Made by a program: the position numbers and the translations under genes. The notes below the pieces were generated by a model. It saw nothing but the letters and a program-made list of their open reading frames with translations. It was not told the DNA's origin and did not search any database. From the NCBI GenBank assembly GCA_965649825.1, contig OZ287695.1, positions 1,911,288 to 1,975,287 on the forward strand: 64,000 bases of DNA, in the 5' to 3' direction. This stretch comes from Penicillus capitatus. Its lineage: Eukaryota > Plantae > Chlorophyta. Each line of letters opens with the position of its first letter. Within the stretch, counting starts at the first letter, position 1. Of this stretch, positions 63,324-64,000 are shown in pieces.

Positions 63324-63325
63324 AT

Positions 63326-63558
63326 TGACATGGGCAAGTACGTGACGGTGGTAGACGCAACAAAGTTTCTTACAAAGATAATCAATGTGACAATAATCCC
63401 CTTTTTATAGTGTTGGGTTTCATAGGTGCTGAGTAGGTGCCGGGTAGGTTCTGGGTAGGTTCTGATGTGGCCATTATGAGCTGTTTGGCCATCAGTGCCT
63501 CTTACGATGATGAGGCATTTATTGGACCATCATCCTTCAGCTCTTCATCATCATGACA
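63326..63558 (-). repeat. 5' LTR (233 bp) with TATAAAAA box at 63402-63409 on the minus strand
   Basis: Identical to the 3' LTR; contains short GGGTAGGTTCT tandem units; TATA orientation agrees with gag-pol. Confidence 0.97.
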
Positions 63559-64000
63559 CCGCTTAGCTAAAGAGGTCTATGCGCAAATGATGCCCGCAAG
63601 CATGGTTCAACGCCCGAACCTTTACAAGAAACGTCTAGATTCTCTCTTTTCCCGAGGCCTGTCATCCAGAAGGCACCACGAGTTACATGCTAATGGACTG
63701 CTCTTTTTCTTACTTGTAGACGGATCTGAACACAGACGTGCGGGTGTCCACCAGCTCTCCTGCGATGGCGTCGTATGAGAGAGTGTAGATAATAGAACTC
63801 ACAGGGTTTTCACGAGTTCCCGCTGACTTTAGAAACCTCAAAATAGAGAGAGCACAACATTCAGCCAGTCGCAATTCGACAGCGGAAGAACTCGACGTAG
63901 TCATGTCATAGTGTACTGGCCTCTGCCGGATCTATACCTCGGCGGTCTTTTATTCTCAGTCGGAGAGTCCAACGCAGCACCCACGATTGGATGATGGATG
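63559..64000 (-). pseudogene. Relic X3, part right of the LTR insertion (runs off the window)
   Basis: Aligns by eye to about 44050-44500 (e.g. agctctcctgcgatggcg shared exactly). Confidence 0.65.

Larger units (their letters stand above)
59059..63558 (-). mobile_element. Ty3/gypsy LTR retrotransposon, 4500 bp, defective interior, 4-bp TSD CCGC
   Basis: Two 233-bp TG...CA LTRs; CCGC at 59055-59058 and 63559-63562; domain order gag-PR-RT-RH-INT on the minus strand; no chromodomain seen. Confidence 0.96.

Noticed and set aside
59059-63558. TAA/TAG read as Gln (alternative ulvophyte code), which would rescue the gypsy stops
   Set aside because: Long host exons (PDI, RFC1, DDX3) contain no in-frame TAR, and several genes end in TAA or TAG (RFC1, SPP, EDR2, TFB2). 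The element also has frameshifts.

Overview
Eukaryotic nuclear DNA in the standard genetic code (long exons lack in-frame TAA/TAG). It comes from a compact, intron-rich green-lineage genome, most likely a chlorophyte alga; this is inferred from the plastid-type PPase, MenA, SPP, AP2 and TadA genes, and the species cannot be named. Bases 1-42.9 kb hold 22 tightly packed protein genes with mostly 45-60 nt introns: TFIIA, SPF45, a degenerate cyclase, a double RNase H, PDI, a tetraspanin-like protein, SPP, PPase, DDX3/Ded1, an Ac45-like protein, TadA, an EDR2-like protein, MenA, TFIIH p52, a filamin-RRM protein, an OPR-like protein, ATG6, an AP2 protein, RFC1 and three unknowns. Bases 42.9-64 kb change abruptly to decayed genes, low-complexity tracts and a 42-bp minisatellite. 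That zone also holds one apparently intact Ig-like membrane-protein gene with a dead paralog, and a 4.5-kb Ty3/gypsy element with identical LTRs but a wrecked interior. Most notable: a tandem RNase H with a catalytically dead first domain and five mirrored introns, a pseudo-cyclase with a C-terminal membrane domain, at least seven GC-AG introns, and the Ig-like receptor pair. No rRNA, tRNA or CRISPR array was seen. Gene models were spliced by eye and families assigned from recalled motifs; no database search was run.
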